Positions 61,249 through 64,000 of a stretch of DNA of 64,000 nucleotides are shown in pieces. Where the stretch lies: the NCBI GenBank assembly GCA_964367355.1, contig CAYIWY010000001.1, positions 35,307-99,306 of the forward strand. The letters run 5' to 3'. Source of the DNA: an uncultured Gammaproteobacteria bacterium (lineage in GTDB: Bacteria > Patescibacteriota > Microgenomatia > Woykebacterales > RBG-16-39-9b). The translations under genes were made by a program, and so were the position numbers. Under the pieces are notes generated by a model that saw only the letters and a list, made by a program, of their open reading frames with translations, ran no database searches and was not told where the DNA came from. Numbering within the stretch: position 1 is the first letter of the stretch; every line of letters starts with the position of its first letter.

Positions 61249-64000
61249 ATGAATGAAATTAAAGATTTTAAAGCACTAAGAATAGTTTTAGCCTCAAACG
61301 AGGATGTTATGAGCTGGTCTCATGGTGAAATTACCAAACCTGAGACTATTAATTACCGAACTTTTAAACCAGAAAAGGACGGTCTTTTTGATGAAAAAAT
61401 CTTTGGGCCAACTAAGGATTGGGAATGTTATTGTGGTAAGTACAAGAGAATTCGTTATCGAGGTGTTATTTGTGATAAGTGTGGTGTTGAGGTAACTCAG
61501 AGCAAAGTTCGACGCGAGCGAATGGGTCATATTAAATTGTCTGCTCCTGTAGCCCACGTCTGGTTCTTTAAAGGTACTCCGAGTAAACTTTCTCAGCTTT
61601 TGGATCTTTCCCCAAGAAGTTTGGATGCCGTTATATATTTTGCAGAATACTTGATCATTAATGTAAATGAAGATAAGCAAAAAGAAGCAATCGAGAAACT
61701 TGAGAAGCAATTAGACGAAAAGAAAGCTGAAATCCGCACAATCTTCGTTGACAGAATCAAAGAGTCAGAAGTTTCCTACAAAAACGATATTAAAAAAGTT
61801 GATGTTAAGAATAAGGAACAAAAAGAATTAATTACTTCTGAAATTGAACTAAAAAGCAAAGCTAAAACTGCGAGTTTACGGGATGAGGAAGTTGCGGAAA
61901 TCACTCGGCTTGAGAACATTTTTAAAACAATTATCGAGAAAGTAAAAACTTTGCGAAAACTCTCCCTTCTTTCAGAAGAAGATTACTATCGTTTTCTTGA
62001 GTACGGGATTGATGGTGTAGCCAAAATCGGTATGGGTGCGGAAGCAATAATGGAAGTTCTCAAGGACTTGGATTTGGCAAAACTAGCCCAAGAATTACGT
62101 GCCGAAGTACAGTCAACCTCAGGACAAAAACTACTTAAAGCAACCAAAAGACTGAGAGTGGTTGAGAGTTTGCGAGGTGCTGGCATTGATATTAGTTGGA
62201 TGGTATTGGGTGTACTGCCAGTAATTCCTCCAGATCTTCGTCCAATGGTCCAGCTTTCAGGAGGGCGTTTTGCAACTTCTGATTTAAACGATCTTTACCG
62301 CCGAGTGATTAACCGAAACAATCGACTTAGACGATTAACTGATCTTGGAGCCCCAGAAATAATCTTAAGAAACGAAAAAAGAATGCTTCAAGAATCTGTC
62401 GACGCTTTAATTGATTCAACCCAAAGACCAAGTTCAAGGGCCACAGTTACTAAACAACTTCGCTCTTTGTCAGATATGTTGAAAGGTAAGCAAGGAAGAT
62501 TCCGTCAAAACTTACTTGGTAAACGAGTTGATTATTCTGGACGTTCTGTAATTATCGTTGCGCCTGATATCAAACTTAATGAATGTCGGTTGCCAAAAGA
62601 AATGGCTTTGGAATTATTTAAACCATACGTTCTTCGAGAACTTATCGAACAAGGACACGCTCCAAATGTAAAAAGTGCGAAGCATGTATTTGAAAAACGT
62701 GGGGTAGAAGTTTGGGATATCTTAGAAGCAATTACCAAAAACCACCCAGTTTTGTTGAACCGAGCACCAACCCTTCACCGACTTGGAATTCAAGCCTTCT
62801 TCCCGATTTTAACTGAAGGCTCGGCTATTGGTATTCATCCTTCTGTCTGTGCTGGTTATGGTGCTGACTTTGATGGTGACCAAATGGCTATTCACGTCCC
62901 ACTTTCTAAAATGGCTCAAGAAGAAGCCATCAACTTAATGATGACCACAAACAACTTACTTCGTCCAAGTGACGGTGAGCCGATTATGACACCTAAGCAC
63001 GATGTTTTTCTTGGTTGTTATTACCTAACACAAATGAAAGAGGAGGATGAAGCTAAAAGAACTTACTCCGAAGGAGATGCAATTTTGGCTTTGCAAAGTG
63101 GAGCTATTAACATTCATGAACCGATAAATATTATTTTTCAAGGTGAAAAGATAAAAACAACTGTTGGTCGTTTGACGTTTAACCAAATTTTGCCGTTAGA
63201 TATGCGTTATTTAAACCAAGTTATTAAAGGCGGAAAATTAAAGGAATTAATTTTAAGCTGTTTGAGCAAATACGGCAAAGATCGAACAGTTGAATTAATT
63301 GATGATTTAAAGAGACTCGGGTTTCAATACTCAACCAAATCTGGAGTTTCCATATCAATTAGCGATGCTGTTATTTCACCAGAGAAGAAAAAAATGATTG
63401 CGGTAGCAGATTTAAAAGTTGAGGAAATTGATAAAAATTACCGCAAAGGACTGATTACTGAATCTGAAAAACTTCGTTTAACTGAAGAAATTTGGGCGGC
63501 TTTGACAAACGAAATTGACGAAGTGACTTGGAAGAATCTCCCTAAAGAAAATTCTTTACATATTTTGCTTGATTCCGGTGCTCGTGGGTCACGTGACCAA
63601 ATTAAACAGCTAGCTGGTATGAGAGGTTTAGTTGTAGATCCAATGGGCCGAATTATTGAGTTGCCAACAAAAACTAACTATCGAGAGGGTTTAGGAGTTT
63701 ATGAGTACTTTACATCTACTCGTGGTGCTAGGAAAGGGTTGGTTGATAAGGCTTTGAAGACGGCTGATGCAGGACATTTGACCAGAAGATTGGTCGATGT
63801 GACTCATGATGTAATTACTAGGGAAGAAGATTGTCATACACAAGAAGGAATTGTTTTTACTAATAACGGTAATTCAAAGAAATTTGCTAATCGGTTACTT
63901 GGAAGAGTTGTTGCAAGCGATATAAAAGAAGAAAACAAAACTGTGATTAAAGCTGGTGAGTTGATTACAGAAGTGGTTTTGTCAAATGTGGATCCCGAAA
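61249..64000 (+). CDS. rpoC: RNA polymerase beta' subunit (runs off window)
   Basis: KPETINYRTFKPEKDGLF, Zn-finger CYCGKY, GRFRQNLLGKRVDYSGRS, ADFDGDQM. Confidence 0.97.
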   Translation, partial: MNEIKDFKALRIVLASNEDVMSWSHGEITKPETINYRTFKPEKDGLFDEKIFGPTKDWECYCGKYKRIRYRGVICDKCGVEVTQSKVRRERMGHIKLSAPVAHVWFFKGTPSKLSQLLDLSPRSLDAVIYFAEYLIINVNEDKQKEAIEKLEKQLDEKKAEIRTIFVDRIKESEVSYKNDIKKVDVKNKEQKELITSEIELKSKAKTASLRDEEVAEITRLENIFKTIIEKVKTLRKLSLLSEEDYYRFLEYGIDGVAKIGMGAEAIMEVLKDLDLAKLAQELRAEVQSTSGQKLLKATKRLRVVESLRGAGIDISWMVLGVLPVIPPDLRPMVQLSGGRFATSDLNDLYRRVINRNNRLRRLTDLGAPEIILRNEKRMLQESVDALIDSTQRPSSRATVTKQLRSLSDMLKGKQGRFRQNLLGKRVDYSGRSVIIVAPDIKLNECRLPKEMALELFKPYVLRELIEQGHAPNVKSAKHVFEKRGVEVWDILEAITKNHPVLLNRAPTLHRLGIQAFFPILTEGSAIGIHPSVCAGYGADFDGDQMAIHVPLSKMAQEEAINLMMTTNNLLRPSDGEPIMTPKHDVFLGCYYLTQMKEEDEAKRTYSEGDAILALQSGAINIHEPINIIFQGEKIKTTVGRLTFNQILPLDMRYLNQVIKGGKLKELILSCLSKYGKDRTVELIDDLKRLGFQYSTKSGVSISISDAVISPEKKKMIAVADLKVEEIDKNYRKGLITESEKLRLTEEIWAALTNEIDEVTWKNLPKENSLHILLDSGARGSRDQIKQLAGMRGLVVDPMGRIIELPTKTNYREGLGVYEYFTSTRGARKGLVDKALKTADAGHLTRRLVDVTHDVITREEDCHTQEGIVFTNNGNSKKFANRLLGRVVASDIKEENKTVIKAGELITEVVLSNVDPE

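Overview
Chromosomal window of an AT-rich, small-genome bacterium. The gene content and compact proteins (short NusA, IF2 and AlaRS, PilN/PilO, an FtsA-like/baseplate-J-like/MltG trio) suggest Patescibacteria/CPR; this is inference. Most of it is housekeeping: pcrA, pgk, tpiA, rpsT, murJ, lepA, hrcA-grpE-dnaK, dnaJ, 3 tRNAs, nusA-infB, rpsO-pnp, rnj, ftsK, alaS, mltG, rpoB-rpoC. The standout is a GC-richer ~5 kb island (48.9-53.95 kb) between alaS and the FtsA-like gene. It holds a single Cas7/RAMP-like gene, 12 non-coding units, a DinG-family Fe-S helicase, 5 more units and a terminator. Each unit is 9-17 pentamers of the form N-[G/C]-[T>C>A]-N-N followed by a conserved, covarying GGGCTG...TGCCA hairpin. 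Deleting the two fixed bases of each pentamer gives strings that read as codons, with the loosely matched base on the wobble position. Units 6 and 16 decode to homologous peptides on opposite strands (AYLISFAWTVLDANE vs AxLIDFTWSLLDAN[D/E]). This points to an RNA-guided system with a non-contiguous guide code, related to VIPR-like systems but with a degenerate motif and a DinG partner. Secondary observations: insertion scars that duplicate gene ends or promoters (dnaK, dnaJ, nusA, rpoC), a cluster of ACP-like genes, an atypical tRNA-Ala, and a second GC-rich structured islet at 0.95-2.85 kb. All counts are by hand; no database searches were run.
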